NCBI RefSeq assembly: GCF_964194025.1
Contig: NC_134478.1
Coordinates: forward strand, 20,336,001 to 20,400,000
DNA length: 64,000 bases
From: Convolutriloba macropyga
Lineage: Eukaryota
Direction of reading: 5' to 3'
Positions 1 through 13,972 of the stretch are shown piece by piece. Each line of letters starts with the position of its first letter. Position 1 is the stretch's first letter. A program made the translations under genes and the position numbers. The notes beneath the pieces are model-generated. The model had not been told where the DNA came from. It saw only the letters and a list, made by a program, of their open reading frames with translations, and did no database searches.

Positions 1-8
1 GAATTTTC

Positions 9-1768
9 AATCAGTACGATAGTGGCCATCAGTACCCTTGTACTCTTCAACATCTCTGTTAGAACGTTCAGAGAGAACGATGTCAATGCTGCTAAAAATA
101 AGCTGGGCAGAGGTTGACCAGAAACCCTACTTGTTCAACGAATACATGGCTAGTGAAAAGAAACCTAGAGGAGCGAGAAAAGAACATCAGAATGGGTTAA
201 AAGAGACAAGCAATTTCGAGACAAGTTGTGCGCCCATCAGTGGTGCGCATTGGTGCGCCCATCAGTGTTCAGAAATCCCAACGGGTTGCTTCCAGTTTTG
301 TCGGCAGTGGAGGCTGTGCGAAGATCAGCATACCCTCAGTTAGAGGGGAATTCTAATGCGAAATCAAGAAAGTTCTATGTGGGACTGACTATTGTTCAAA
401 CCTTCTATCAGTATCATGTCTTGTGGGGAGCTGCAGTTTTTAGCACTTCAAGGATCAGAAACTGATGCAAGGTACAGAATTTAAGCTATTGATTAGCTTT
501 TCAAATTTGTTTGTTTATGGTTAATCAGTATGATAGTGGTCATCATTACCCTTGTACTCTTCAACATCTCTGTAAGAAGGTTGAGAGAGAACGATGTCAT
601 TTCTAATAAAAATAAGCTTGGCAAAGCTTCACCAGAAGCCTTACTTGTCCAACGAATACATGGCTAGTGAAAAGAAACCTAGAGGAGCGAGAAAAGAACA
701 TCAGAATGGGTTAAAAGAGACAAGCAATTTCGAGACGAGTTGTGCGCCCATCAGTGGTGCGCATTGGTGCGCCCATCAGTGTTCAGAAATCCCAACGGGT
801 TGCTTCCAGTTTTGTCGGCAGTGTAGGCTGTGCGAAGATCAGCATACCCTCAGTTAGAGGGGAATTCTAATGCGAAATCAAGAAAGTTCTATGTGGGACT
901 GACTATTGTTCAAACCTTCTATCAGTATCATGTCTTGTGGGGAGCTGCAGTTTTTAGCACTGCAAGGATCAGAAACTGATGCAAGGTACAGAATTTAAGC
1001 TATTGATTAGCTTTTCAAATTTGTTTGTTTATGGTTAATCAGTATGATAGTGGTCATCATTACCCTTGTACTCTTCAACATCTGTGTAAGAAGGTTGAGA
1101 GAGAACGATGTCATTTCTAATAAGAATAAGCTTGGCAAAGCTTCACCAGAAGCCTTACTTGTCCAACGAGTACATGGCTAGTGAAAAGAAACCTAGAGGA
1201 GCGAGAAAAGAACATCAGAATGGGTTAAAAGAGACAAGCAATTTCGAGACGAGTTGTGCGCCCATCTGTGGTGCGCATTGGTGCGCCCATCAGTGTTCAG
1301 AAATCTAAACGGGTTGCTTCCAGTTTCGTCGGCAGTGGAGGCTGTGCGAAGATCAGCATACCCTCAGTTAGAGGGGAATTCTAATGCGAAATCAAGAAAG
1401 TTCTATGTGGGACTGACTATTGTTCAAACCTTCTATCAGTATCATGTCTTGTGGGGAGCTGCAGTTTTTAGCACTGCAAGGATCAGAAACTGATGCAAGG
1501 TACAGAATTTAAGCTATTGATTAGCTTTTCAAATTTGTTTGTTTATGGTTAATCAGTACGATAGTGGTCATCATTACCCTTGTACTCTTCAACATCTCTG
1601 TTAGAAGGTTGAGAGAGAACGATGTCATTTCTACTAAAAATAAGCTTGGCAAAGCTTCACCAGAAGCCTTACTTGTCCAACGAGTACATGGCTAGTGAAA
1701 AAAACATTGAGGAACAAGAAAAGAACTTCAGAATGGGTTATGAGAGACGAGCAATTTCGAGACGAGTT
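9..1768 (+). repeat. Tandem array of a 514-bp chimeric unit (~3.4 copies visible; the array may continue upstream of the window)
   Basis: The unit start aatcagta(c/t)gatagtgg recurs at 9, 523, 1037 and 1551. Each unit is ~220 bp of segment A (also at ~3033-3248 and ~3694-3900) joined to ~290 bp matching the Copia protease region at ~5063-5335. The repeated ORFs in the track (38/594/1108/1622; 226/1254) reflect this. Confidence 0.95.
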
Positions 1769-3032
1769 AGGGTAATGGTTAACCCAATAGGTCTACAAAA
1801 AAAAGATGCTGTTTTGAATCCATCAATGATCCATTTTCATAACATCAAAACAATCAAATGCTATTAATTTCTCAGATTTTTACAGAAATAAAAAATACAT
1901 TGTCTATTTTTTGGATGCAGCGAAATTGTAAAAGTTTTGAAAATTTCATGCAAAGCTGTTTGCGACGGAACTAGTTTCACAAACTTCTCGTTATTGAGAT
2001 TTGAATTAAGGAGACGTTATATCAATCAGCAGTGCTTGCATAAAAATTTATGATAAAAATCAGTAATTGAACGAAAAATATCCAATTTGCAAACTAGAGG
2101 ACAATTAGTAGTGAAAAGAATACTCCGGGCGCGTTACTTCACATTGCTATGCTCCTACTGAAATTCTGTGTTATCGCAAAAAAACTGCTGACAACGCCGA
2201 AGGAACATCACTAGTGCAGGTTTTTGCATGTTTAAAATCTGCTTCTTCTTTAAGTGTCTCCGAAGATTTCCAAAAATTCATGTAGTTCACTTTTTTGGGA
2301 TTTCAATTTTTCAAATGGATTTCGTTTTATCACTCTGTGTATCGATTAATTTTGAAATCTTCAGTTTAAACTATTTGTGGTTGATTGAGCATTCGTGAGT
2401 ACGATTTTCATCAGTTAACTGCTGAATGCGAAAAAACTCATATTTCAGTACTTTCTGCGAAAAGGTTTGAGATTTCGTCATATAAGGATAGTTTTCAAAT
2501 AGTTTGGAGCCATTTCGGATTGGAAGAAACGCTCATGAATTTTTTCATTTCACAACTACATGAAGTATTAAAGAGGTACCGAATAAAATTGAAAATCAAA
2601 TCAAATGTAGGCAGGCGATGAATGGAACCTTTTTATTGAGACAAAGATGTTTTTACATGGGTAGGCTTTGAAACATAGTTCTCTTGTTTCGAAGCCCCAA
2701 CCTTAAGACTAGACTTATGGCAAGACAACTTCCAGACAACAGTTTCTTCTAGACCATTTTAAAAAAAATTTGGAACCTATCGGGACAAGTGTTGACCTCG
2801 ACTCGTGCTATGGTCACTCCGTCAACCCCACCGATCAAAAATTAACTTTTCCATTTTATTTTAAAAATTCATATTTGTACGTAGTTCTGCTTTCAATATG
2901 TTTTGCTGCAAGAGAATGATTCAAGAACTGGTTTCAATTTGATAAGCTGATGAGAGCAAAATAAAATAATTTTTAAAGTTTGGCAAATTGTGCAGTAATA
3001 TCAAAGTTAACTTAGAGAAGACTGAACTTTCA

Positions 3033-3970
3033 TTCAGTACGATAGTGGCCATCAGTACCCTTGTACTCTTCAACATCTCTGTTAGAACGTTGAGAGAGAA
3101 CGATGTCAATTCTGCTAAAAATAAGATTGATAAAGCTTGACCAGAAACCCTACTTGTTCAACGAGTACATGGCTATTGAAAAGAAACCTAGAAGAGCGAG
3201 AAAAGAACATTAGAATGGATTATAAGAGACGAGCAATTTCGAGACAAGTACAGTGGGAAGCGTCACGTAGATATGGCATTCAAATGACAAAAAGATGGAG
3301 ACCATATTGAATCCATGGTGTTGAGCCCAACATTGGCTACACCAGAGGACGAATACGGGGAGAACATAAGCCAGTGAAGACACTAGACATGTTAGGAGAT
3401 ATTTTTAATACAGATCACATAATAATTTGCTTTGGTGCGCCCATCAGATTTCAGAAGTCCCAACGGGTTGCTTCCAGTTTTGTCGGCAGTGGAGGCTGTG
3501 TGAAGATCAGCATACCCTCAGTTAGAGGGGGATTCTAATGCGAATTCAAGAAAGTTCTCTGTGGGGCTGACTATTGTTCAAACCTTCTATCAGTCTCAAG
3601 TCTTGTGGGGAGTAGCAGTTCTTAGCACTGCAAGGATCAGAAACCGATGCAAGGTACAGAACTTAAACTGTTGATTAGCTTTTCACATTTGTGGCGATAG
3701 TGGCCATCAGTACTCTTGTACTCTCCAATATCTCTGTTGGAACTTTGAGAGAGAAAAATGTCAATTCTGCTAAAAATAAGCTTGGCATAGCTTGACCAGA
3801 AGCCCTACTTGTTCAGCGAGTACATGGCTAGTGAAAAGAAACCTTGAGGAGCACGAAAAATACTTCAGAATGGATCATAAAAGACGGGCAATTTCGAGAC
3901 AATTTGGTGTAATGATTAACCCAATAGGTGTGAAAAAAAAGTTTCGAATTCATCAATGATCCATTTTCAT
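3033..3970 (+). repeat. Dispersed A-Copia-A chimeric duplication related to the 514-bp unit
   Basis: 3033-3248 is segment A. 3246-3690 copies Copia 4874-5320 (aagtacagtggg...ttttcaca). 3694-3970 is segment A again, including the extension also seen at 1769-1840. Confidence 0.85.
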
Positions 3971-6900
3971 AGATTTGCATCTGCTTGCAACCCTAACAGG
4001 TTATGAACCCAACAAATTTCTAAGTAAAAAAAATAGATTTAAAACAAAATTAGTAGATTAACGTTGACATTCATCATCTTTTCCTAATAGTAACTTTTCT
4101 TCAACCAATTGGTTAACCAAGTCAACAAACAATGACGCAGGAAAGGACTACACAGAAAAAACTGATGAATTTCAAATCTGGAGCTCGAGATTTGTGGCCA
4201 TCATGCAGACGAAGGGCTCTACATAGCACTACTGGGGACAGAGGACCAACGCAATGAGCATGCGTCACTGGCCAATAAAGCAAGATATGAGGACACGAAG
4301 AAGCACAATGTGCTGAAGGATGCAAATGAGAGGAAAGTGAGATCATTAAGGAGAAACAAAAAATTGTGTAGTGCCATCTGGTACTGATTCTAGATGCAAC
4401 AACCCTCATGCTGATGACAATTGATTTTGTGCCAGATGACGGCATTGCGGATGATGCCAAAGTTTCAAAACTTTTGCAAGAGATTTTAAAGTTTGGTGAA
4501 ACCAATAGTGATGATTTTGGTGGCACGGTTGGCTCTTCTACAACTCGGAGAAATTAAAGATCTGGACAAATTTTTCATCAGAGGCCAAATCTCACAAGGA
4601 TTCAAAAACCAAGGCCTCGGTATTCAGTGGTCGACCTATGAGCTTTTTGTTATACAAGAAGTGTTCAACCTTCAACTTAGCAACAACTTTCAGAGAGCTG
4701 AGGAAAAACCTGCAGATGTTTCATGAAAGCACAGGGAGACAAAAGAGAAAGTGGATCAGTTGCAATAGATGTGAAGTGTGAGTTCAAAAAGGGTGCCAGG
4801 AAATAAAACTGCTTTGTGTGTAGGATAACTGGACACTTTGCTGACTGCAGGAGGAAAGAGAAACGCAATCCAGCAAGTACAGTGGGAAGGGTCACGTAGA
4901 TATGGCATTCAAATGACAAAGAGATGGAGGCCATTTTGATTCCATGGTGTTGAGCCCAACATTGGCTACACCAGAGGACGAATACGGGGAGAACATAAGC
5001 CAGTGAAGACACTAGACATGTTAGGGGATAATTTTAATACAGATCAAATAATAATTTGCATTGATGCGCCCATCAGTGTTCAGAAATCCCAACGAGTTGC
5101 TTCCAGTGTGGTAGGCAGTGGAGGCTGTGTGAAGATCAGCATACCCTCAGACAGAGGGGAATTCTAGTGCGAATTCAAGAAAGTTCTGTGTGGGGCTGAC
5201 TATTCTTCAAATTTTCTATCAGTCTCGTGTCTTGTGGGGAGCAGCAGTTCTTAGCGCTGCAAGGATCAAAAACTGATGCAAGGTACAGAACTTAAGTTAT
5301 TGATTAGCTTTTCACAGTTGTTTGCTTTTGGTTAAACAGTCTTTATGAAGTCAAAAGACAGAGAACACAACTAATTTGAACTCAAGGCAAAAAATGGTAG
5401 GGATCTGGGGATCTGCCACCCAGATGATGGTCATCAAAACTAATGCAACAAAGAGAAACAGAGCACATCTACTGCAATATAGGAGGAGGAGTGACATGAT
5501 GCAGAGAACGTGAACACACAAGAAACAACAGTGAGACAAGATGCTTCGGGAGTTGAGGATTGAACCCCAAAGGAAGAATCTAATGCAACAAGATGACACA
5601 GAAGATTTCTCACAGTCAGAGACAGACGTATTCATTAAGATGCATTGGAACAAGCCGAAAGAAGAGAGCCCAGTCAAAGGACAAGAAAAAGAAACACTCT
5701 GCAAATGTCTAGCTGTGCTGCTACTGCGGGCAGCTACGATGAACTCAGGACAGTCTACGAAGCCAAGCAAGGCGATGACTGGTATCAGTTGTACCCCGCA
5801 ATGAAAAACGAGGTCAAGGTACTCAAAGAAAACGAGACTTGTGACCTTGTGAGACCACCAACAGACAGGAACCACATTCCGGTCAAATGGTTATGCGAGC
5901 TTCAATTAGGACCCAGTGGTCATGTCGGCAAATACAAAGTACGCTATATGTCTGAAAATGTCCAATAAATTTGAAAGGAGTCATCCATTATGAGACTTTT
6001 GCGCCTAAAAGTAAGCAAGAGATGTTTGGTATTCGACGCAGCTGTCAGCAAAACAAAGCTAAGTGTTGCACCAGTTTGATGTCAAGACCACGTTCCTTCC
6101 TGCACTCAGCAACAAAAGAAGAACTGTATTAGAATAAGCAGCCACCGGATTATGTAAAACGAGGATAATATGAAAGAAAGTTAGTATGCTGACTGAATAA
6201 GTCAAATTATGGTATAAAATGAGCTGCTAATAGCTAGTACAAGAATTTGGTTAAATTCCTATTCCAGAGGCAACATTTCACATTGAAGACAGAAGGAGAC
6301 TAAATTTTTTTTCTGGCCTTAGAAGCAGACGAAAAGCAAGCCAAGTCTCTGTCTATCGAAATCGCTAGATAGAAAAATTGCTTGAGCGGTCTCAAACAAA
6401 TCAGCGCAAATCCTGAAGGACACCAGCTGACTTGAACTTGGAACATGTGGCAGCACTGAATGATGATGAAAAAGTTTGTCAAAAGATCCGCAAGAGCTTC
6501 TTTCGATGACTACTTTACCTTGTAAAATGGACGCGAACAGACATCATCTTAACAGTCTTTATTTTCTCCAGACATATGTAGGGACCTATCAATCAACCTT
6601 AGCTGAAACGACTCTTATGTTATTTTCTATTCTTAAAAAAATTCAAAAAACTTGAACAAAAGAGGCTGGTTATGATTTAGTGGGCGGAAAGTAATGAAGA
6701 ATGGGCTGGTGATATGAAAGACAGAACAACAACAATAGGCTAACCCTTCAATCTCAACAAATGTGGCAGGGCGCTAATCTGTGGTGTCAAGGAGCGCATC
6801 AAAGTCAATCTTTCTCCATTAGAAGCAAAATATTAAGCATGGCAGCAGCAGTTAAAGAAGCACTGTACTTGAACCAGATTCTAGAGGGTTTGGCATCCTA

Positions 6901-7305
6901 CAGTACCATAGAAGAGGTATTTGAGAGTACAACCGGAGTCTTATCAGACTTCGCCAAAACCCAGTGATGCAAAAGCAAGAGAAGCAAGCACATCGACACA
7001 AAATTTCACTTCTTTGGGACAAGATGAAAGATGGGTCTAATTAACTACATTCCTACTGAAAAATTGGCAGCGCACAATTTTTCGAAACCGTTACCCTTAT
7101 CGAAGGCAGATTAAACTTTGAGTGGGGTGTTAGAAATCGACTTCAAACAATATTACTTGAAGAGAGTTTGTTTTAACGGAATTCCTACAGCGAAACCGAA
7201 TTAAGCTAGCAAAAAGTTTGAAGAGAAATCCTGATAATGCAATGCTCAGTTCAGTTTCAAATGATTTAAAATATTAGAAATAAAACTGTTTTATCTTTTT
7301 AGATT
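3971..7305 (+). mobile_element. Degenerate, internally deleted Ty1/Copia LTR retrotransposon
   Basis: LTR end ...CTAACA (3998) is followed by the copia-type PBS GGTTATGAACCC (3999-4010; cf. GGTTATGGGCCC). Gag zinc knuckle CFVCRITGHFADC (4810-4848). Protease-end motif ...KVLCGADYSSNFLSVS (~5180-5227). RT motifs AMKNEVKVLKENETCDLV..VKW (ORF 5645-5968), ETFAP (~5992) and HQFDVKTTFL (~6069). RNase H KHIDTKFHF (~6986-7012). PPT ttgagtgggg then TGTTAG at 7128. The integrase core and the YVDD region were not found. Confidence 0.9.
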
Positions 7306-8639
7306 TCTGTCTAATTTCTGTCAAAGAAGAACAGTCTGAATTGTGGGGAATAATAAGAAAAAGGGCAGCTGAGAACAGGCCGCTGTGGCCTAATGCTGTT
7401 CCGCTGCGAATACGCAGGAACAAATTATTATTATTATAATTTCTCCCACCACGCGCTTAATGTTTTTGTATGATCATGATATCCCAGAAGGGCGATTGAT
7501 TTCTGTGAAATTTGTAATAGCCATCCATATTTGATAACCCTTTCTACCCCCAATGTAAATTTTGAGTGAAAATTATGCTTTTTTCCACATTTGTTTTCTA
7601 GTTTTTAGAAAAATGCCTGTCAAAACCGGTCAAATCGGCCATCTCTTAGGTTTAAAAACGCTTAAAATCTACTGTCTTCTCGAAATATTGGTCTCAAATG
7701 GTCATTCCACAGTTTTAGGGAGGCTCAAAAACGCTTAATATCCGTTCAAAGAGAATAAAAATACCGTTCATAGGGTGCCGCTCAAAAAACAGAAGGGATA
7801 TGAGCACTTTCCCAAAAATTACGGCCAAAAACGGCCAATTTCCTGTTTTTCGGACAAAAAATTAAGTTGAGGGGACCTCCTTATTTTAATACAATCATTG
7901 ATGATGTTCGTTTTTATCGCGTGGAATAAACGGAAGCTATTAAAAGTTACTTGGGCGGAAGATAGTGGTAAATACTCCTGCGACATTGTTCCAGCAGTCA
8001 ATGGTAAGAAAAACGTTCACATTTTGTATTCACGTTAGAAAAACTTCACACAAGTCTTTTATGTGCTAAATGTGAAAAAATAAGAGATTAAAGAAGCTAA
8101 AGTGTGATTACATGAAGTAATTAAAATGTGAAGAATTGAGCTTTTAATCAACCAAAATTTCTGCGATGCAACTGCCGTAAAATTAAACGAAAGACGTGGT
8201 GTTGTTTGTGACTATTTCTTGTGAGACAGTAATTCGCATTAGCTATTTTTTGCCAATCATGTTATTACAGATATTTGTAACAGATAACTCTTTGTTTTTA
8301 GTAGCTTGGTCATTTTCACAATCGTATTTAACTACCAGCTTATTTAAATCAGTGCAAACTAGTAATGCAAAACCGTCCATCGCTGAAGTTACTTAATCTG
8401 AGTTGATATTGAAACTAAAAAAGAAAATAAAGATAAAATTGGAGTTTACAAAATTGCGCTGGAGCAAAAGAATTATGTAATTTGATCTACACGCGCCTAA
8501 TTGATCCATCAAATATCTAAGAATGGGGAGTTTCAAAAAAATGGACAAAAACGTTTCAAATGGACAACACCGAAATTTTGTATCAATAGAACGACAAAAA
8601 CATTAAAACCTGAAAAATCTCAATATGCGCTCATAATTT

Positions 8640-8910
8640 AGTCCGAGTTGACGGACTGGTTGGCTTCGCCACGATAACCGGCACGTTGTTTCCGGATTTG
8701 ATCTCACAGTTCGAGAAACAGTGGCCATGTTCAGTGGTCTTCAATTCTCCACATAATTCTTCCTTTCTTATCTCAGTTTAGTTTATTCATTATAGATGCC
8801 TGTGACTAGTCAAAATGTCAATGTTTAGCGACGATTAGCATTGAGAATACATGCAATTGTCGTCCAGTTGAAACAAAGTTCAGTGTCGGAATGAATGAAT
8901 GAATGAATAA
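8640..8910 (+). mobile_element. Possible tRNA-derived SINE remnant with (GAAT)n tail
   Basis: GC-richer tRNA-like head (gtccgagttgacggactggtt...tccggatttgatctc) and a (gaat)5 tail at ~8888-8908. Pol III boxes are degenerate. Confidence 0.3.
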
Positions 8911-11149
8911 AGTAACGAACAATAATTAGTACCAGCTAATTTCCAATTTGAGTTTTAGTTGTTCCGACCCACTTGGGGGGGGGGGGGGGGGGGGCTTCGG
9001 AACACCGAACACCATATACTCAAATCGTTTTTTTGTTCAGTCAGTTTTCGCCAATCGATATATTCATAGTAGAGGGTTGTGAGTGCGATATCATTCGAAA
9101 GCCCTCCAGCGTAGAATATGGGATTAGATTTTTTTAATTTTCCCCTTTTTTACATGGAGTTCACATCGAGGTTAAAATTCTTGTCAATTCAGCTAGAATG
9201 TCTTAAAAGTGTTAATAACAACGTTATTGATTTTACCTTTAAGGACAGAGAAGGCTTGTCAAATGGTTTTATCCGAGTGTTTTGATTAATAATTCTACTA
9301 AATATTTTGAATTTCAAAATTTTTAATCGAAAACTCAAAAATTACACAAAATGCAGCCTTTATTTTTGTTGATTGAATTATTTCATTTGTTAATTATTTT
9401 TTTACAAATTTATGGAATAAAAAAGCATTTGTGTTCGACTCGCAGTAAAAAAGGGGCTCGGATTGGACTCCACTTGTTTTCTCACAATCAATAACTTTTA
9501 GGATATCGGGGCGTGGTCTTTTTCAAAAGATTTTTGCAGTTTGTTAATTTGATTTTCGTTAGAGACGCGAATAATTTCAGGTCAAGGCCCAAGTTTTGAC
9601 AGCAGCTAAAAAACAAAATGAATTTTTATTATGTTTCCAGAGAAATTTTTGTAGTTTTTCTGGCTTTGATAATGTGGTTTTGTAAATTTCAATTGATTTT
9701 TAATTGATATTCTTCATTTATCATTCTTTTCGCAGCTGCAAGACTTCGTCCTAATAATCGAAATATAGATTGGGTTCTTTAAGAGCAACTGTTGAACCTA
9801 TTCAAGGCTTTCAGTTATGTTTTAGAGCCTCCTAGGAGTCTGAATATCTTTGTTACAAAACAATTCATTGAGGTTTTCATGGTTGCCAATTTCTTAATCT
9901 TAATTCCGTCCTAATGTAGCTTAGTCTCAAGATAAAAGGCAAGGTTTATTAAGTTATTCAAAGTTTTGAAACAAAAAAAAATCTTTATAGTGGTGTGATT
10001 CTTAACTATTAGTCTCTCGGCTTTCTCACTACAAATTTTCGCATATTTGCCGTATTTGAGGTTGTATTTTTTAAAATTGTCAATTTAAAGTTAGCTCAGT
10101 TTTAATGATTTCAATGTAGCGCACACATTTTAACGGCTGCGAAACAGTTGTCTCGCACAATTTAATAGATTTTTAAAAAAAATTGCTTCTAGTTGTCGTT
10201 ATTTTTTGTGACAATCAAAACCTTACTTGCTTGTTTCGATATTTAACTGTATCCATTTGCCGATTTCAGTTTTTTGCATAGGAATTTTATTACTTTCAAT
10301 TAATTTTTCTCAGAGAAATCATTTATGTAGTTCCCAAGTTTTGTTTTCATTGCCGTGAACAAAAAATTTTTTCAAATAATCACAGTGTTCATCATTTTAC
10401 AAAATGATTTTTCTTTAAATATTTCGTGAGTTTGTGTTAGTGGTCAATCATTGTGGTTCCTATTGCGCCCTATTTTACAAAGACACTTTGCAAACAACCC
10501 TCATTTAAAACCACAGGACATCCAAGCAAAGAGTTCAAATCATTTTTTTTTTCAGTTTAAACACTTCAATGATTTCAGTGTCGTACATGTTCAGTGCTGT
10601 TTTACGTGCAAACTTTTGATCTGTTTGAACTTTTGAAAATAACTGATTCAATAATATCATTTGATTTCTTAGCTATGTCACTTTATCTTAATTCTAGTAA
10701 CTTTGTAGCATGAATTTCAATTCTGCATTAACATTTCTCATCTACTTTCTAGTTAATCAATATCCAATCTAAACAACTGTTTTATTTCCAACCAATGATA
10801 TCTTGGCTTTAGTACTACGGAAATTTATAAGAAAGATATGATTTTTGGATATTTGGCCGCTTTTGAGTTTTTCGGTTTCCTTGCCAGATTATCGTACTAA
10901 TGGAATAGCCCAATTAGCGTTAAAAAATGCAGTTGAAGCTGTTTAATTTTTCTGTGAATAGATTATTGTTTTAACGTTTTCAGCAGTTTTGACTTGATTT
11001 TTTTGCAGTTTAATTGTTATTTTCTGACAAATTATGGATAATAACCGTCTTAATTGCTTCATAGGAGTCATAAACTAAACTTTTGAATGAGTCAAGTTTA
11101 GTTTTAGAGTCATTTTGAGATTGTTTGATTTTAAAAATAGAAACGTACA

Positions 11150-13972
11150 TATGAACTTTGCTTTTTTGCTTCTCTTCGTCGACCTTTTGTCAAATCTCAC
11201 TATGGACAGGTCACATATCTTATCTTAAGAAGTGCAGGTTTTTTTGTTTAGTTCCAGTTTTATATGAGTTCGTTTTCTTACTGCTTCACTTAGTTGTTTT
11301 TTAAACGCTGAATGGTCGGAATGTTTTCTATCTCTTCCTTATTTGTTAATTGAGCGGGGTCGGAACCTTATGTGCAAACGCACATTGCTGAGCCTCCTTG
11401 TTTGTTTTAAGTTGCATAGATATTGAGCAGCTATAGTTTGCTAAGTACTGAGAAGTTTTTAATTGTTTGAAAAAGATCAAAATTGTAAGCCTGGCAAACT
11501 TTAGGAAAGGTTGAGTGTGAGTTGAGTGTGTATCCTCTATTACTGCATCCCTGATGGCCTTGGGGACAGCATTCCATTTGTCTAAGCAATTACGGCAGTA
11601 ATAAACGCTCATTTTCCTCCAGTAGGATTATATTTAGCGGATTATCTCCTGTCGAGTTTCATCGTTTTGCAACACAGAGTTCCTGACCTCTTTTAATATG
11701 GCGTATCTTCCGGTAAATATAGCCAGCATTTTTTTCACTAAAGATTTTTTAATGTCTGCCAGTCCTTGGTCCTGTGCAATGGTTGAGAGGGCGTTGTGTC
11801 AGTTGTTGAAATAATGTTCGTTCCAGGTGTTGTATTAGTAGGCCAGTCATCTAGTTCGGGTCGGAGTTGAAATTTTTGATGATATTTCTCGAGTCATTTT
11901 TGGTAGTAACGATTTCATGTTTAGTTTTGGGTTTTTTATGTTGGGGAGATCTTTTGGCGAAAAACGAGGTGCTTATAGTTGGAATTTTATTTTTCCGCTT
12001 ATTTTGGTTATTTGGAACTGATCTGTTGATTTGGTGTCAAATATGGTGTTTTTTGGGCTTAATTAATCAGATTGTTCACATTCTTTACTGTCTGACTTTT
12101 GCAAGGCTATTGAATTTAATTTGTTCTTGGAATCTGACTTAATTTAAGTCTTAATAACTAATGCAATTTGCTTTTCAAATATGGCAATGAAAATTGCGGT
12201 GCAATTGACTTATTTGTATTGTGTACAGAAGATTATTGGGAAGTGTTAGTGAAATTTCAATTAACAGTGAAAATTTTGAGTTTGACGTTTGTGGTGTTTT
12301 GCGATATATGTATCAACTGGTTATCGTTATTGTTTAAATTCTGCTTAGTTTTCTCCTGATTTTGGGCACCATTTTCGATATGGATGGCTTTCTTAAAGCT
12401 ATAGCTGGAGTTACTGTTTCTTTAAGTAGTTGTTTTTCTCCCTCATAGTCCAGCACATTCAGTATGAAGTTGTCGCGAATGAGGATGGCCTCAAAATTAC
12501 CAATACTGCAGATTTAGGCTTGTTCAATCAATATTTTATAGAAATATACAACAGACTCTCCTCTTTTTCTGTTGTTTAGAAGGGAAGAAGACAAATCTAT
12601 CTTACGTGTTATTACAAGCTCTGATGAAAGAGTCTTCCATGACCTTCTATAATTCTTTCATTTGTTCTTTTCTGAATAGGAAGTGTGGATGCTCACTCTT
12701 GAAGATTCTACGTCCTCCCGTTCCAATACAAAGGTAGAGAAAATTTTTCTGGTCACAAACATCCAACGGTTTGTCTCTACAGAGTTTTCTGAATTCATCA
12801 ATTCCTTTTAACGATATTGCCAGTTGACCTTGGTTTGCTGATTTTGGATTTTGCGGTCCTTTTCTGTTGTTTAGGTATGGTTTCCGTCAGATACTTCATA
12901 TACTGGCTCTGGGGAATATACAACTCCTGTAGGTGGTCCTTTTAAGAGGATCTCTAGTTTAAACTCTTCATTTACTAAAAGAGGAAGTTTACAATAGTGG
13001 ATTTACTTTACCATGACAGAAGTGGAATGATTGTAGCTTTGGCACAGACGGCATCCCTATGAAGAAGTGTTTTCCTGGGGTCCGTTTCTGATTGCGCCAT
13101 GTTATGTTGGTTGATTTACTTTTTAGATCAACTGCACTGCGAAAAAATTTTATCCAATTAACGAGTGGAGTTTGCTCCGCGTTTGCTATTTACCCTTAAG
13201 TGATTATCAATTTTTTGTGATTGTTTGAATTTTGCATCACTAATGACAGCTAAGATTTCCAATCTCAATATTGGAGTGTGAACGACAAAGTTTGAATTAC
13301 AAGTGAAAATAAGAGAAATAAAGTATTAAGATTAATTGCTCAAAAGAAAGTGAAGATGATCATAAATTGATCACGAAAAACAACAGGAACAACTGTTTTT
13401 GTATTGGTTTTAGTTGGAGGCTTTCGTTGTGCGGTTGTAGTTTTGTCTTTGTTGTCGGAAGTTTTTTCACGGTTACAATTTGGGTTGTCGTTGACTATAT
13501 TTACCGACTGGGTATTGTTTCTGTTTAACTTCTGATTATTTTTTTTTGATTTTGTGTACCCATTTCTATATGGGTGGCTGTCTTTCATCAGACTCTTTTT
13601 TTCCATTGTTCAGAAGGGAAAAATACTAATCTACATTTTGTGATAATACGAGCTTTGATGATGGAATCTTCCATGACTTTCTACAATTCCAACAGTGGCT
13701 CTTATCCGATTAGGAAAGGAAGATTATCCGTCCTACCGTCCCTATACAAAGGCAGAAAGAGATTTGCTGGTCACAAAGACTCTACGGTTTGTCTTTAGAG
13801 ATGTTTTCCGTTGTTTGTGTATGGTGTTTGACAGATTCTTCATAAACTGGCTCTGGCGTGTAGACAACTGTCTTAGAAGGTCTATCAAAGAGGGTTTGTA
13901 ATTTTTGTAGTTTTGTCCGAGAAGGCTTCTATTTTAAGAGCCGTTTTTTGCCGCCCATTGCTGACTGCGCCA
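11150..13972 (-). mobile_element. Fragmented Ty3/Gypsy remnants (PBS-gag, partial LTR, gag, integrase zinc-binding region), same family as 13973-22118
   Basis: PBS/gag start TGGCGCA(G/A)TC at 13972 and 13099. Partial LTR at 13100-~13392. Gag-like text at 12360-13099 and 13580-13972. ORF 11346-11612 reads AVPKAIRDAVIEDTHSTH, homologous to STPKAINDAVLEDIHST in ORF 25627-26355. Confidence 0.8.

Noticed and set aside
38-1867. Repeated short ORFs as a small multigene family
   Set aside because: They are by-products of the 514-bp repeat, span TE junctions and have inconsistent stops.
8975-8994. Poly-G run as a functional G-quadruplex element
   Set aside because: It is an isolated homopolymer of uncertain length with no supporting context.
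9000-11150. Possible decayed coding element
   Set aside because: It looks repeat-derived, but no recognisable protein motif could be recovered in any frame by eye.
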